A DNA stretch of 59,762 bases, taken from a virus. Taxonomy: Duplodnaviria; Caudoviricetes. Of this stretch, positions 37,208 through 47,849 are shown piece by piece; within the stretch, counting starts at the first letter, position 1; each line of letters begins with the position of its first letter. Under the pieces are notes generated by a model. It did not search any database, was not told the DNA's origin, and saw nothing but the letters and a program-made list of their open reading frames with translations. A program made the translations under genes and the position numbers. The stretch lies in the IMG/VR virus record IMGVR_UViG_3300033148_002141, positions 1-59,762 of that record. One strand, given 5' to 3'.

Positions 37208-37648
37208 TCAGCCAAGGGGCTGGTAAATGTTCCTCAAGAAATTCAGTAGATTGTTCTGTTGTTGTTGGGCTATCGCCTGGTTTCGTAGCCCCAATTGTGC
37301 CCATTGCTGGGCCTCTCGTTCTCGGGCCGCTTGCTGACTAAGCCGCCGCTGAGCATTGTAGAGCGCATGTTGCGATGCAATCTCGGCCGGGGCCATCAAG
37401 CTCCGGGCGAGGGCTCCGGCGTATTCAGTACCCCGATTCCACGCCAGCATCGGGCTGGACGATGCCACGCCAGCCATGTGGCCGCCGGCCATCAAATCGG
37501 CCCGCCCCGGAATCGCCAAGGCCGCCGCCAGATTCCCCGCCTGACGAGTATACGCTGCTGGGAACATTCCACCCGGCTGGATGGATGTTCGCACATTCAT
37601 CTGTTGGGCTCTCGGGTCCCCGGTCGGATTCCAATTGTATGCCATCAC
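37208..37648 (-). CDS. putative ejection protein (Gln/Ala-rich)
   Basis: C-terminal QQQQNNLLNFL resembles the 37649 C-terminus (QANLLNFL). Confidence 0.55.
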   Translation of the reverse strand: MMAYNWNPTGDPRAQQMNVRTSIQPGGMFPAAYTRQAGNLAAALAIPGRADLMAGGHMAGVASSSPMLAWNRGTEYAGALARSLMAPAEIASQHALYNAQRRLSQQAAREREAQQWAQLGLRNQAIAQQQQNNLLNFLRNIYQPLG

Positions 37649-38371
37649 TTACCCCAATCCTGTGAGAAAATTCAAAAGATTGGCCTGCCGTGCCGTCTGA
37701 AGCTGACGCATCTGCGGAATCATCGCCGCCCAACCAAGCCCGGCACCCGCCCGCGCCTGCTGGAAGGCGTCAGTCAGCCCGGCGGTATTCGCGTAGTATC
37801 GGCCCATCGCTTCCGTCTGCATCGGCTGGAGGTATTGTGCCAAATTGCTCTGGACGGCCCGCGAATCCAGCCATGCCGGCAATCCCGGCCTCCTCCCCGC
37901 AACAGGGGCAGGAATCGCCGCCGGCTCGGAAATCCCCGTGGTAATCTGGGTTGGCTGGGCAGCCTGTTGTTGGCCGCCGCTGAAGCCGCCCAAAATATTC
38001 CAAGCACCCGCACCGTATGGCATGGCCTCAGGAGGCGACAGGAGGCCCAGTAATGCACTCGGGCTCTGAATGGGCCCAAAGGGTATCGGCTGCGCTGGAG
38101 GCGGCACAGCGGCCGCCTGTGGGCTCACAGCGGGTGCTAAGGGCATTGTTGGCTGGCCAGCCATCGCGCCGGCTCGCCCGATCTGCTGCTGGGCGAATTG
38201 GAGCGCTTGGTGCGGGCCCCCCCCGCCCGCGCCTGTGCGGGGCATTTCGACGAATCCGCCGCCCGGCAGATAACGGACTTGTCGGCCGCCCTGGTAACCT
38301 GTACTGCCGGCACCGGTCCGGAGTGGCATTCCACCCCAGGCTCGGGCTGCGAGTTGTTGTGCTGTCGGCAT
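37649..38371 (-). CDS. putative ejection protein (Gly/Pro/Gln-rich)
   Basis: Position and composition. Confidence 0.55.
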   Translation of the reverse strand: MPTAQQLAARAWGGMPLRTGAGSTGYQGGRQVRYLPGGGFVEMPRTGAGGGGPHQALQFAQQQIGRAGAMAGQPTMPLAPAVSPQAAAVPPPAQPIPFGPIQSPSALLGLLSPPEAMPYGAGAWNILGGFSGGQQQAAQPTQITTGISEPAAIPAPVAGRRPGLPAWLDSRAVQSNLAQYLQPMQTEAMGRYYANTAGLTDAFQQARAGAGLGWAAMIPQMRQLQTARQANLLNFLTGLG

Positions 38372-38380
38372 TTCTTTCTC

Positions 38381-39049
38381 CTATGAGATTCCGGCTCCAT
38401 AGCCCGTTTGAATGGCTCCCGGCGACCCGCCGCCCATGTACTGCCCGGCGAATTGAAGCATTGCCGCCAACCGGTTCATCTGTGCTTCATTCTGCATCTG
38501 GGCGAGATTCTGGGCAGTAATCGCCTGCACGGTCGGCCCGTATGTCGCGGCCATCAATTCATAGGGCGCTCGCTGGAGCGCGGCTGCCGGGGCATAGTAT
38601 TGGCCCAATTGCCCTTGCTGTGCCCCGTACATGGCCGCTTGGGCCCCGAGACGGGCCTGTTCTGTCCCCTGCTGCGCCCCGTACATGCCGGCCTGTGCCA
38701 TCGGAACAGTCTGCTGGGCCGCCATAGCCACTCCATACGGACCCTCGAGCGCCCGGCCGAGGAAGCCCAATTCGGCGGCATAGCGGCTGGCGTCCGTGGC
38801 GTACCGATTCGCGTCGGACATCTCGCGCATCGCTTGCACATACGGGCTGGGTGCCGTCGGCATGTAGCTCCACGATCCGAAAGCCATCGGGTTGAATCCG
38901 ACCTGTCCGCCTGGGTTCGCCAGCATGGCCGCCAGCGAATTGCGGCTCGGCATTTGTGTCATCGCGGTCCGTTGTGGCTGGCGCTGATCTTTTACGGTGG
39001 CCGGCGGATTCTGTCTGCTGAACTGCCAGAACGGTGCGGTTGTTGGCAT
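38381..39049 (-). CDS. putative ejection protein (Ala/Gln/Gly-rich)
   Basis: GGAGG SD; AGMYGAQQG repeats. Confidence 0.55.
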   Translation of the reverse strand: MPTTAPFWQFSRQNPPATVKDQRQPQRTAMTQMPSRNSLAAMLANPGGQVGFNPMAFGSWSYMPTAPSPYVQAMREMSDANRYATDASRYAAELGFLGRALEGPYGVAMAAQQTVPMAQAGMYGAQQGTEQARLGAQAAMYGAQQGQLGQYYAPAAALQRAPYELMAATYGPTVQAITAQNLAQMQNEAQMNRLAAMLQFAGQYMGGGSPGAIQTGYGAGIS

Positions 39050-39060
39050 GATCGTACCTC

Positions 39061-40842
39061 CTATTCGTCGTCCGGCCCAACGCGAACTCGGAATAGCACT
39101 GTTCCGAAGGGTGGACGAAAATCTTCTTGCCGGTGATAGAGTTGGCCGGTGTGCGCAAGCGATGGAATCATATGGCTGTGCATCGGATCGGTTACGGTCG
39201 GTTCAATTCGCACAGTGTGTTCGTGCCCAGGATCAATAGCCGCAATGTCCCATTCCGGAATCGTCACCGAATGGGAATGGGCTGTGGACGTGGCACTGTG
39301 CGAGTGCTGAATACTGTGCAAATGATCGGGGTTTGTTAACGTGTTAGTTACGGTGTGAACATGGCCGTTTGCACCGTGGTCAAGTGTTGCGTTTTCCACT
39401 CCTGTGTAATCGACGTTCAATATGTAAGCGCCGAAATAACCGCTCGCGGTCGATTCGACCAGATTGACCGAACGCACATCCAAGTCATGGTAGTGGCTGT
39501 CGTGATCCTCGATGTTCGCGTTGCCAGAATCGACGGATAGATCGCCCCATAGGGGTTGGCCGCCGCCGTCTGTAGGCGTGCTGCCGTCGTATTCAGATAC
39601 GGTAATCGAAACAACGGTCGCCGCACTTACCACGGTTGTACCGGCCACACTTGTAATACCAGTCGCATTCGTGCTGGTGGCGACTGTCATACCATCCACA
39701 GTCAGGCCGGTCGCCGTGGTTTCTGTGACCGTGCTCTCGTGGGCGGCCAGAATCCACGCTGAATTATACCAGCCAGTGGCGTCATAAGTCACTTCGCTGG
39801 TGGCGGGATCAGCCGAATCGTGTTCTTTCGGACGAATCGGATGCGACCCTCCGGTCTTCCCCACGGCGTCGTAATCTGCGTTGGCCGCATCGAAGCCGAC
39901 AAGAAATTTGCCGGAAATCGTGGTGTCTTCCTTCCAGCCGGCCGGAATGGTGTCTGCGCCTTCATTCCACTTTACGCTGGTGCCGATTTTGGCGTCCAAA
40001 TGCCCTTCGATGGCCACCCGCCGTCCATCGTCGTCATACTTGTAGACCACCACGTCGCCGGCATGGATGTTAGGGTCCATGTAAGGCGTGGCCTTCAAAT
40101 AGACTTTGTAAGTCGTCTCGTCCGCCGCAGCCGTATTCCCGAAAATGTCGTCGGCGTCCTGGAAGATGGCACTGCCGATCTGGTTTTCATACCCGGATTC
40201 CCATTGCCACCGACTCGTCGCCTTGGCGTAAAGAGCGTGATCCCGTGTATCCGACACGCCCCATGCCAGACCATCCATATCCCGCAGATAGTAGGCGATA
40301 TTATCCACTCGGGGCAGATTCTCCCGATGCAGATAGAAGATGCGAATTGGCACCCGTGTAACGCCTCGGCCGCGGCTGTCTGCGCATTCAAATCCATCCG
40401 CGTACCAATAGGTAGAATCTGCGCCGGAGGGCAGGTTGTACGGTTTCCCGTCCGTCAGCTTGCCGACGGCCGTGATCTTGGCCGGTTTGAGAATCCACGA
40501 CTCGCCTTGATTCCAGAAGATGCCATCCGGAATGTGGATTGCGAAACCACCATTCCCGTGCCGATTCGGAAGCGGCAATCCACCCATAGGCCGATTCCAG
40601 ACGGTGAGTGCGGCCTCGGTGACAATCGGCGGATTCACCGGCGGGATCGGCAACAGTTGCGAAGTGCCGGACAACGGAGCGTAGCCGCGGTCCACTGCGT
40701 CGAACCACGTGCCGAATTCGGTGGGCGCATTATAATGCGCCAGCGGTATGCCCTCGCCGCCGAGAATCTGCGCCAAGCGCCGGCCATCGACGCCGCTACC
40801 GTCGAAGCACCTGACCACACATTCCGCCTGTTCTGCGAACAC
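39061..40842 (-). CDS. tail fibre/spike protein with collar-like domain and HxH motifs
   Basis: GTG start overlapping the upstream TAG; IPAGW...GKFLVG...GKTGG, multiple HSH/HTH, terminal RPPF. Confidence 0.7.
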   Translation of the reverse strand: MFAEQAECVVRCFDGSGVDGRRLAQILGGEGIPLAHYNAPTEFGTWFDAVDRGYAPLSGTSQLLPIPPVNPPIVTEAALTVWNRPMGGLPLPNRHGNGGFAIHIPDGIFWNQGESWILKPAKITAVGKLTDGKPYNLPSGADSTYWYADGFECADSRGRGVTRVPIRIFYLHRENLPRVDNIAYYLRDMDGLAWGVSDTRDHALYAKATSRWQWESGYENQIGSAIFQDADDIFGNTAAADETTYKVYLKATPYMDPNIHAGDVVVYKYDDDGRRVAIEGHLDAKIGTSVKWNEGADTIPAGWKEDTTISGKFLVGFDAANADYDAVGKTGGSHPIRPKEHDSADPATSEVTYDATGWYNSAWILAAHESTVTETTATGLTVDGMTVATSTNATGITSVAGTTVVSAATVVSITVSEYDGSTPTDGGGQPLWGDLSVDSGNANIEDHDSHYHDLDVRSVNLVESTASGYFGAYILNVDYTGVENATLDHGANGHVHTVTNTLTNPDHLHSIQHSHSATSTAHSHSVTIPEWDIAAIDPGHEHTVRIEPTVTDPMHSHMIPSLAHTGQLYHRQEDFRPPFGTVLFRVRVGPDDE

Positions 40843-42638
40843 TATCGTCGCCCCCCTTCGACTCCCCGAATCTCGACCTCGTACAACGTCACGGCCTGAG
40901 TTGTGTTGCCCGTCAATTCCACTTCCAGGAACCGATTCGCCGGCGTATCCCCCTCGAATCCGTGTCCATCCAGATTCCAATCGAGATAGCCCGTAGTCTT
41001 GCTCAAATCAAACGCTACGTCCGGGCTGTTCACTTCGACTGACACCCCCGTCTCGTCATCCTTCGCCATGCTCGCCGTCTGTGGTGTCGCGCTGTGGTTG
41101 TAGTAGTATCGCAAATGCAGCGTCTCCGTGTTCGCCAGCGGCTCGAATCGGAGCCCGACTGCCCGCACGGTGGCATGTTCTTTCGCGTCGATGGCGAACG
41201 TGCCCAACTTCAGGGTGTAATTGATGGCCGAGCCGGCATCACTTGTCCCCTCATACATCAGGTTCGGGGTTCCCGCCACTCCGGCCAATACCCGTTGTTC
41301 GTTGTCGATGATTCCAACGCAACTCGCCCGCATGTCCGCCCCGAATGATTCCTCGTACCACTGCTGCTGCCGGTAATTGAACGCAAGACAATTCTGCGGC
41401 TGTGTATCCGAATCCTTCGCGTAATAGAACCGCACGCACTGATTCTGCGGATCATGCACCACGTGAAACCACTGCTTGGCCGCCCAATTGATGGTGTCCC
41501 GCCAGTAGTCCTGAATGGGATCGGACACCGATTGAATCTGATTGCCGTCGAAGAAATAGGCCCCCAATTCGTCCACCAGGAACGCCAAGCCCTCCACCCG
41601 GCACCAACAGCGCTGATTCACGCAGCCGCGCTCTGCAACCAGGGTGATGCTCGTATCGGTCCGCGGATCGCTGCACGTTGTCAATCGGTAGATGTGCCGG
41701 CTTTTTAACAGGAACATCTGTCCATAAGCTGTCATCGCGCCCACCAATCGGTCGCCGTCCGGATAGCCGTACAGCTTGTTGGTGGCCGGCACGCTCTCCG
41801 GCTCGTCGTCTTCCGAGAAATAGATCGCGTCGTATTCGGTCGCGGTCGGTTTGATGGCGTAATTCGGCGGGGTTCCGCTACCGGCTCCCGTGCTTTCCAG
41901 CACCATCGCAGTCACGCTATCCACCGAGGAAATAGTCGCCTGCCCGGATGGCGTGTGAAACACCAGGCCCACCATGTGCGAGGTCCAATTGGTCCCTGAT
42001 CCAACCACGGCCGTCCCGGATATCGTGACCGTGCCCTCGGAATACTCGTCGGGCACCAACCACCATGACCGATTCTGGTAGAACTGCACCACCGCCATGT
42101 GACTCGGCGGCACAGTGAAGCGATTCGCGTTGGGATATCCCTTCGTCGTCGTGAATCGAAGCGACTCGTTCTCCCGCAACTGCGCATCGGTATTCGATGT
42201 GTAAGCAGTCGTCGCCACGTTGTCATCCAGGGTGACATCCAAGTAATACGTGACGCCCTGCCCGTCCGTATTGCGCCAAATCTGACGCTGTGTGACTCGC
42301 GATTCCGAAGACGTTGGAATCCCGGAATAGTAGAGTTTGGCGACCCCGCTATCGCTCTGGTCGATTTCAGCGACGGGGGAGAAGCTCGACGGGATATTCG
42401 AATCGTCTAAAAACCGGACATAGGCGCTGTAGACACCCTGAATGCTGCCGGCCCCTCCGGTTGCCTCGATGCTGCATGATGTCTCCGGGGCACTGATTCC
42501 GGCGTCTTCGGTGGTGTTGCTGTAGCCGTCCCATCGCTGCGGACGCCCGAGGCCGGTAGCGATGAATACTTCGCCCTTCCGGGATTCTGCAATCGTAGGT
42601 GGGCGGCTTGTGGGCAGATTGCCGTACAAGACTGTCAT
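40842..42638 (-). CDS. tail nozzle / P22 gp10-like stabilization protein
   Basis: Beta-propeller-like motifs (IYFSE..EPESVP, AERGCVNQR, GAYFFDG..IQSVSDPIQDYW). Confidence 0.65.
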   Translation of the reverse strand: MTVLYGNLPTSRPPTIAESRKGEVFIATGLGRPQRWDGYSNTTEDAGISAPETSCSIEATGGAGSIQGVYSAYVRFLDDSNIPSSFSPVAEIDQSDSGVAKLYYSGIPTSSESRVTQRQIWRNTDGQGVTYYLDVTLDDNVATTAYTSNTDAQLRENESLRFTTTKGYPNANRFTVPPSHMAVVQFYQNRSWWLVPDEYSEGTVTISGTAVVGSGTNWTSHMVGLVFHTPSGQATISSVDSVTAMVLESTGAGSGTPPNYAIKPTATEYDAIYFSEDDEPESVPATNKLYGYPDGDRLVGAMTAYGQMFLLKSRHIYRLTTCSDPRTDTSITLVAERGCVNQRCWCRVEGLAFLVDELGAYFFDGNQIQSVSDPIQDYWRDTINWAAKQWFHVVHDPQNQCVRFYYAKDSDTQPQNCLAFNYRQQQWYEESFGADMRASCVGIIDNEQRVLAGVAGTPNLMYEGTSDAGSAINYTLKLGTFAIDAKEHATVRAVGLRFEPLANTETLHLRYYYNHSATPQTASMAKDDETGVSVEVNSPDVAFDLSKTTGYLDWNLDGHGFEGDTPANRFLEVELTGNTTQAVTLYEVEIRGVEGGRR

Positions 42639-42760
42639 CGGTGCCCCCCCTCTTGCAATGCGTTCTGGAATCGCAAGCGAAGCGAACGGTCAGACGGAAA
42701 CGCTCGGCGTCTCAATCGCAGGCGGCTGGTACTGCCGTTGATTGAAGCCGTGAATACCAT
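42635..42760 (-). CDS. small basic ORF
   Basis: 41 aa, ATGA overlap with the nozzle gene; read manually. Confidence 0.35.
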   Translation of the reverse strand: MVFTASINGSTSRLRLRRRAFPSDRSLRLRFQNALQEGGHR

Positions 42761-42764
42761 TGCT

Positions 42765-43058
42765 TTACGCCGGCGTTTCTCCAACGATTATGTGGCCGTC
42801 AGCAGTTGCCCAGATTAGATAGTCCGTATGCGGAGCACGATAGAAGTGCATCGCAATTACGTCCCCCGAACCGCCCGGCGTGCCTGTAAATGTCAGCGCC
42901 CGGCGGCCCTTGCGAACTTGTAGCATCCCGGGCCCAGGGCTGTGCAAGTTCTCCTGTTTCTGCGCATCCCCGGGCCGGCCAACCAGCGCGCCGCGGTTGG
43001 TCACCAGCCCGTGGAATTCGCGGACCACCATGCGGGATTCGGGTGATTCGGCCATCAA
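42765..43058 (-). CDS. protein resembling the N-terminus of tail nozzle proteins
   Basis: FHGLVTN...PGDA...EN...GMLQVRKG. Confidence 0.5.
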   Translation of the reverse strand: MMAESPESRMVVREFHGLVTNRGALVGRPGDAQKQENLHSPGPGMLQVRKGRRALTFTGTPGGSGDVIAMHFYRAPHTDYLIWATADGHIIVGETPA

Positions 43059-43780
43059 TCCGCCGTCTTCAGGATTCCAGTAACAATGACGATCCCGTCG
43101 GCACCATCATCGTCAGCGTCCTCGCCGGCTACCAAATCCAGGGTGTCGCCAGCCTCGACTTCATCCTCAGCATCATCGAGGTTGTCAAATTGGACCATTT
43201 CCTTGTCGGCGATTGCATTCAATTCCTCAGTGTCGAAGATATTGGCCGCGCTGCCGTCGTTGTTCTGTAAGTCCCATTGGTCATCCGCGTGGTCCCCCGC
43301 AGCGGCAGTCTTCCAGCCAATACAGTTGAGCACACGCAGGTCATACCCCGTCGGGACGGTGTAGCTCAGCGTCTCGCCGGTATCCGGCTCGAAAATGATA
43401 GTCACGGGAATCCCGGCCAGCGTTCCCGTTCCAGCCACGGCGGCGATTCTCAGGCTTCCCGAGGCAGGCCAGGCGAGATTCCCACTGCTATCGAGTACCA
43501 CAGCCTTGCTGGCTGCCCCGGTTCCCGCCGTCACGCCGTCCAATACGTCCACTTCCGTCTGCGTGAGATTCTCGATGATGTCAATCCGGTCGCAAATCTC
43601 TGTTGCGGCGGTCTGACTGGTCAGAGCTACGCCCAACTTGTTCTTTGAGTCGGCGCTGATTGCCGCGTCACCCGACCGCGTGCAGACCCACGTAATCATC
43701 ACAAACAGCGTCAGCGTCAACAGGACACACAGTGTTCGCCACGGGTGATTGCGAGCGTTGGTTTTCAAATACGTCACCAT
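43055..43780 (-). CDS. putative virion protein with N-terminal hydrophobic segment
   Basis: LDGVTAGT..ASKAVVLD motif; acidic C-domain. Confidence 0.6.
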   Translation of the reverse strand: MVTYLKTNARNHPWRTLCVLLTLTLFVMITWVCTRSGDAAISADSKNKLGVALTSQTAATEICDRIDIIENLTQTEVDVLDGVTAGTGAASKAVVLDSSGNLAWPASGSLRIAAVAGTGTLAGIPVTIIFEPDTGETLSYTVPTGYDLRVLNCIGWKTAAAGDHADDQWDLQNNDGSAANIFDTEELNAIADKEMVQFDNLDDAEDEVEAGDTLDLVAGEDADDDGADGIVIVTGILKTAD

Positions 43781-43812
43781 TGTTCATGCTCCTTTCGGAA
43801 AGCTATGGGATT

Positions 43813-44976
43813 CTACAGGTCACTCTTGATGGTAACTATGTCCCTGAGTCGATAGGGTCCAGGCTGTGGGCGGCCGATGACCTCGGTTTGCCGGTCGCGG
43901 TTATCGGCACCTTTGGCCCGCAGTAGAGCGTCCCGGTATTCCGCCGCGAATTCGGCCTTGTTCTTCATATTCCTCTGGTACGCCAGATGCTTCCGGACAC
44001 ATGCGAACAACGCTTCTTGGGCGGCATATTCGATGTCCACAATGTCCGACACGTAATACTTGGCGCCGCTGGTGGTGGAGAGGGATTGGGAGAGGGTCAG
44101 GTGCGTTGCGTCGGTGACGGCTGAAATCGTCTGCTGTTCACTGTACGGGTACAAGCCTTCCAAGCCGGTGGGGACATTGCTGGTATCCCCCACCCGCAAG
44201 AGCGCGCCTACCATCGTGCTGGAAAAGGCGGTGCCGGTTCCAGTCACGGCGGTTCCGTTTATGGCAATCGTTCCGGCCCGGTCGTTCGCCGCGTGCCCGG
44301 AATGGCGAAGCTGCCGGCCGTACCGCTGATACAGGAAGTCGATTGTCTCCGATTCGTCATTGGCCGGATACAGATACAGGCTCCAGGTCCCATGCAAATC
44401 CGGGTCGGCGCGCAGGCAATACGCTACTAAATCCCCGGTCGTGTCATTGAAGCGGTGCAGAGCCATCATCTGCTGGTAATCGACCCGCCGACCCCACCGC
44501 CAATACGTCTCAGACCACGGGCCGTCGAAACAATGAAAATCGTGCGGTAGATGGTAGGCCAGCGGGTACAACTGAAAACTGCTTGCGGACACATCCGCGC
44601 CGGGATTCAGCGTAGCGTCCAGCGTCACATGGGTACTGTCCACGTAGCTGTCCACCAAATGCAGGGCGTTAGTGCCGCTGATCTTCAGCGCAATCAGCTT
44701 GTCCGTATCAGACACCCACGAAGGCAGGGTCGAACTGAATGTCACCTGACGGCCCGTGTGCTCGTATGCAGCCGTGCCCGTGGTGTGTGCTGCCTGCGTA
44801 ACCACGCGGCCCTGTTTGAGGCTGAATGTCCATCTATGCGCATTCAGCACTTCCCGATAAGCGTTCTGCACGGCTCGCCGCAGGTCCCGCTGCGCGGCGC
44901 TCGCGCTCAGCGCCCCAATGAAATCATTGGCCGCCTCAAGAATATCGGCGAACGTCAGAATGTAGGGCTGTGGCAT
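43813..44976 (-). CDS. head-tail adaptor (tail tubular protein A-like) with inserted beta domains
   Basis: LTFADI...VQNAYRE...W.F, YHLPHDF, LYLYP; follows the portal. Confidence 0.65.
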   Translation of the reverse strand: MPQPYILTFADILEAANDFIGALSASAAQRDLRRAVQNAYREVLNAHRWTFSLKQGRVVTQAAHTTGTAAYEHTGRQVTFSSTLPSWVSDTDKLIALKISGTNALHLVDSYVDSTHVTLDATLNPGADVSASSFQLYPLAYHLPHDFHCFDGPWSETYWRWGRRVDYQQMMALHRFNDTTGDLVAYCLRADPDLHGTWSLYLYPANDESETIDFLYQRYGRQLRHSGHAANDRAGTIAINGTAVTGTGTAFSSTMVGALLRVGDTSNVPTGLEGLYPYSEQQTISAVTDATHLTLSQSLSTTSGAKYYVSDIVDIEYAAQEALFACVRKHLAYQRNMKNKAEFAAEYRDALLRAKGADNRDRQTEVIGRPQPGPYRLRDIVTIKSDL

Positions 44977-44980
44977 CGTT

Positions 44981-45478
44981 CTATCTCCCGGCCAGTTCTT
45001 CGGCCAGAGCCTCTTTCATTTCCGCACGCTTGACCGGTGTAATTCGTTCGCCTTCCGCCTCCATGTCGGCAATCTTGTCGTTCAAGTGCCGCTCGACCAG
45101 GTGATCGGCCACCTGATACGGCCGGTCGTCAGGAACCTCCGGAATCGCCCGGGTTATCGTTTTGCCATCACAGGTGGCGTTCCAGCCATTTCGATTGCAA
45201 ATCTTCGCCACTTCCGCTTTGATGTCGCCTTCGGAAACCCACGCAAGCGGATCGTCACGCACCCCATGTCGGCATAAGCCCGGTATGAATCGCTTGCCCT
45301 CTGGATTCACGCCATGCGCACGCGCCTTGGCCATCGCCCGCTTCCGCGCCGCTTCCGTGGGAAACGGGTCGCCAAGACTCGCGGCAAAAGTCGTGCTGGT
45401 ACGAATAGCCGTAGCCAGATTCAGCTTCGTTTTGAGCCGTCTCCGATGACGAATGCGATGCAATAAGCGTTCGGTCAT
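44981..45478 (-). CDS. hypothetical protein
   Basis: Coupled to the portal gene. Confidence 0.6.
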   Translation of the reverse strand: MTERLLHRIRHRRRLKTKLNLATAIRTSTTFAASLGDPFPTEAARKRAMAKARAHGVNPEGKRFIPGLCRHGVRDDPLAWVSEGDIKAEVAKICNRNGWNATCDGKTITRAIPEVPDDRPYQVADHLVERHLNDKIADMEAEGERITPVKRAEMKEALAEELAGR

Positions 45479-47406
45479 GCTGGTCCCTGTTCCTGCTGCG
45501 GCTGCTCGCCTCCCGCCCCGGGCGGCGGCGCTGGCGGCATGACGGGCAGCATCATGTCATCCAGACGGACCTCGTATACCTCGGACATCCAACGAATGAA
45601 GGCATTCCAGGGCTGCGTTACGCCTTGCGCCGCGAAGTTCAACAGTCCCGGCACGATCACCTGTCCGACCTGCTGGAAGTCCGCCTGCTCCTTGTTCTTG
45701 TTCTTGGGCGTATCAGTGCCCACCTCGATGCTGTAATCCACCTCGGCACACGCCTGATACGGATCAGGAGTATTCCAGAGCGTAGACCACAAATGCGTCA
45801 GTGGCCCCAAGTTGCCGATCGGCTTTCCGTCGGAGTCGAATTCGGGCGGCGGCTCACCGGCCAACGGGGCAATCACCGACGGCGCTGTGTACAGCCGACT
45901 GGCGATTCCCTCTTTCCGGGCAATCAGCGAGTGCCATTCGCGGCACTTCTGGCGGAATTGTTCCGGCCGGGTCATCGCCCTCGCATCCCGAATCTGCGCC
46001 TCGCTGCCGGATCGCATCTGCGTTTCGCCCATATTGCCAACCAACAACGGACTCATACCAGTCATGTCCTCGAATGCCCGTTCGACCAGCGAAATCAGCT
46101 TGTAGTTGTCGATCGAAGCGTCCGGGAACATGATGTAGTCGATCAATTCCTTGACCGGCCGTTCCGCCGTCACCACCGAACCATCGTAGCCTTCCAGAAG
46201 GGCATCCTTGACAGACTTCGCCAGGGCTGGGTCCACAGTCAGAAGCACCCGTGAAGTCCACCAAATACGGTCCATCAGGAAGCTATACGCCTGATCCAGA
46301 TACACTTGCAACGGCAGCGCGGCCTTCAAAGGTGCCCGCGGCCAACAGGAATCTGTGCCGGGCAGAAAGTCCAATACACTGCACGGCCAAGGGCTTTCGG
46401 ACAGCCGGTCCGCATAGAATGGAATCGGCCAATCGACCCGGCTGCGGAACTCTTCAGCGGTCAGGTTGTCGGTGAAAATGTGCGGAGGCAGATTGGCAGG
46501 ATACCCCAACCCGGGAATGATAACCAGCCATACGTGCCGTATCTCTTCGGGCAGCGCGGGAGGGGTTTTGGTATCATCCTGGGCGATATTCAACTGCGTG
46601 CCGAATCCGATTCGAGAATAGACCTCGTAATACCATACGATGTCGCTCTTGTTGTCTACCGCTCCGGGCTTTCCTTCGTCCGGCACCTCTCTGACCGATT
46701 GGAGCGTACTCTTGTACTTGGCGCGAATCTCTTCCGGGTCCAGATTCAACAATTCGGCCAACCGCCAACGGCTTTCGGAACGCTCGCGGATTATGTAACC
46801 CGCGTTGCGCATCTGCCGGGCGTCCGGGTCGATGAATAGGTGGTCCACCGAATCATAGAACGTACCCGGCACTTCGCCGTAAGCGCCCTCGGTCAATTCA
46901 TGCCAGACAACCCCGCGACCCTTCCCCAATGCTTCGGTCGTCGCCTTGACGGTCTCGGTCTCCAGCCCGGTTTCCACTCTCAGGTAATTCAAAAACCATT
47001 GGCCCAGCCATGCGCGTACGTGGTCAATCCACTGCATGAATGTTTCCGGCATCGCCATCCCGGACGGCACCGGCTGGCCGCTCAATAAGGACAGAAGTTC
47101 CGGCGGCGGTGCCGGGCGACTCGGCGATACCTTGCGGTGCGGTGCCCGATAATGGACATAGGGCAGGTACGTGTCGATGAATTGCGCCGTCTTATTCAAT
47201 CGGGCTCTGAAATGCGGAGAACCACCGTCAGGGAACGGCTTAAACTTCGCATCGCACCTGATGTAGAGGTCATCGTATGTCTTGCCGACGAACTCCCAAA
47301 TCCGGTTGGCCGTCTCACCGAATTCATCGTGCTTGTGCTTGCGCGCACGCTCGATGAGCTTTTCCCAGATTTCTGCAACCCTATTGAGCCGGTTACGAAT
47401 CGTCAT
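45475..47406 (-). CDS. portal protein
   Basis: 643 aa downstream of TerL; LFIDPDA, MTGMS...G....RSGSEA, Pro/Gln-rich tail typical of podovirus portals. Confidence 0.75.
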   Translation of the reverse strand: MTIRNRLNRVAEIWEKLIERARKHKHDEFGETANRIWEFVGKTYDDLYIRCDAKFKPFPDGGSPHFRARLNKTAQFIDTYLPYVHYRAPHRKVSPSRPAPPPELLSLLSGQPVPSGMAMPETFMQWIDHVRAWLGQWFLNYLRVETGLETETVKATTEALGKGRGVVWHELTEGAYGEVPGTFYDSVDHLFIDPDARQMRNAGYIIRERSESRWRLAELLNLDPEEIRAKYKSTLQSVREVPDEGKPGAVDNKSDIVWYYEVYSRIGFGTQLNIAQDDTKTPPALPEEIRHVWLVIIPGLGYPANLPPHIFTDNLTAEEFRSRVDWPIPFYADRLSESPWPCSVLDFLPGTDSCWPRAPLKAALPLQVYLDQAYSFLMDRIWWTSRVLLTVDPALAKSVKDALLEGYDGSVVTAERPVKELIDYIMFPDASIDNYKLISLVERAFEDMTGMSPLLVGNMGETQMRSGSEAQIRDARAMTRPEQFRQKCREWHSLIARKEGIASRLYTAPSVIAPLAGEPPPEFDSDGKPIGNLGPLTHLWSTLWNTPDPYQACAEVDYSIEVGTDTPKNKNKEQADFQQVGQVIVPGLLNFAAQGVTQPWNAFIRWMSEVYEVRLDDMMLPVMPPAPPPGAGGEQPQQEQGPA

Positions 47407-47825
47407 GTACTACTCGTTTCTACGGCGTGGGTTTCGATCTTCTTGGGCCGACCGGGACCGCGCTTGGGTGCATCGCCTTTAGTCACATGCTCTTCCAATG
47501 CGCATATTCTCTCGATGAGATCGGATACGATCCCATCCAATCGCTCCAGCAGCGGCACGATTTTCTTCAGCCACTCCGTCTGCGGGGCCAGCTTGTATAC
47601 GGCGCCCTCCTTCAGCAATTCGGGGCGTGACGCCACCCACGGATCATCTACGTGGTAACACGTCTCGTAAAATCGAAAGCCGCCTTCCCTGCGAATCGCC
47701 AGGGCGTTCACGGCCCGTTCGCCGACCCATGTGACCCACGCCGGCATCCACGGGCCATTCTTGCTCTTGGCCACCATGATGACATCACTGGGGTTTAATT
47801 CCGGCTTCTGATACTCAGCAGTCAC
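47403..47825 (-). CDS. hypothetical protein with KRGPGRPKK (AT-hook-like) motif
   Basis: AAGGAG SD; between TerL and portal. Confidence 0.6.
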   Translation of the reverse strand: MTAEYQKPELNPSDVIMVAKSKNGPWMPAWVTWVGERAVNALAIRREGGFRFYETCYHVDDPWVASRPELLKEGAVYKLAPQTEWLKKIVPLLERLDGIVSDLIERICALEEHVTKGDAPKRGPGRPKKIETHAVETSST

Positions 47826-47849
47826 GTTACTCTCCTTTCGGGCTGGTGC

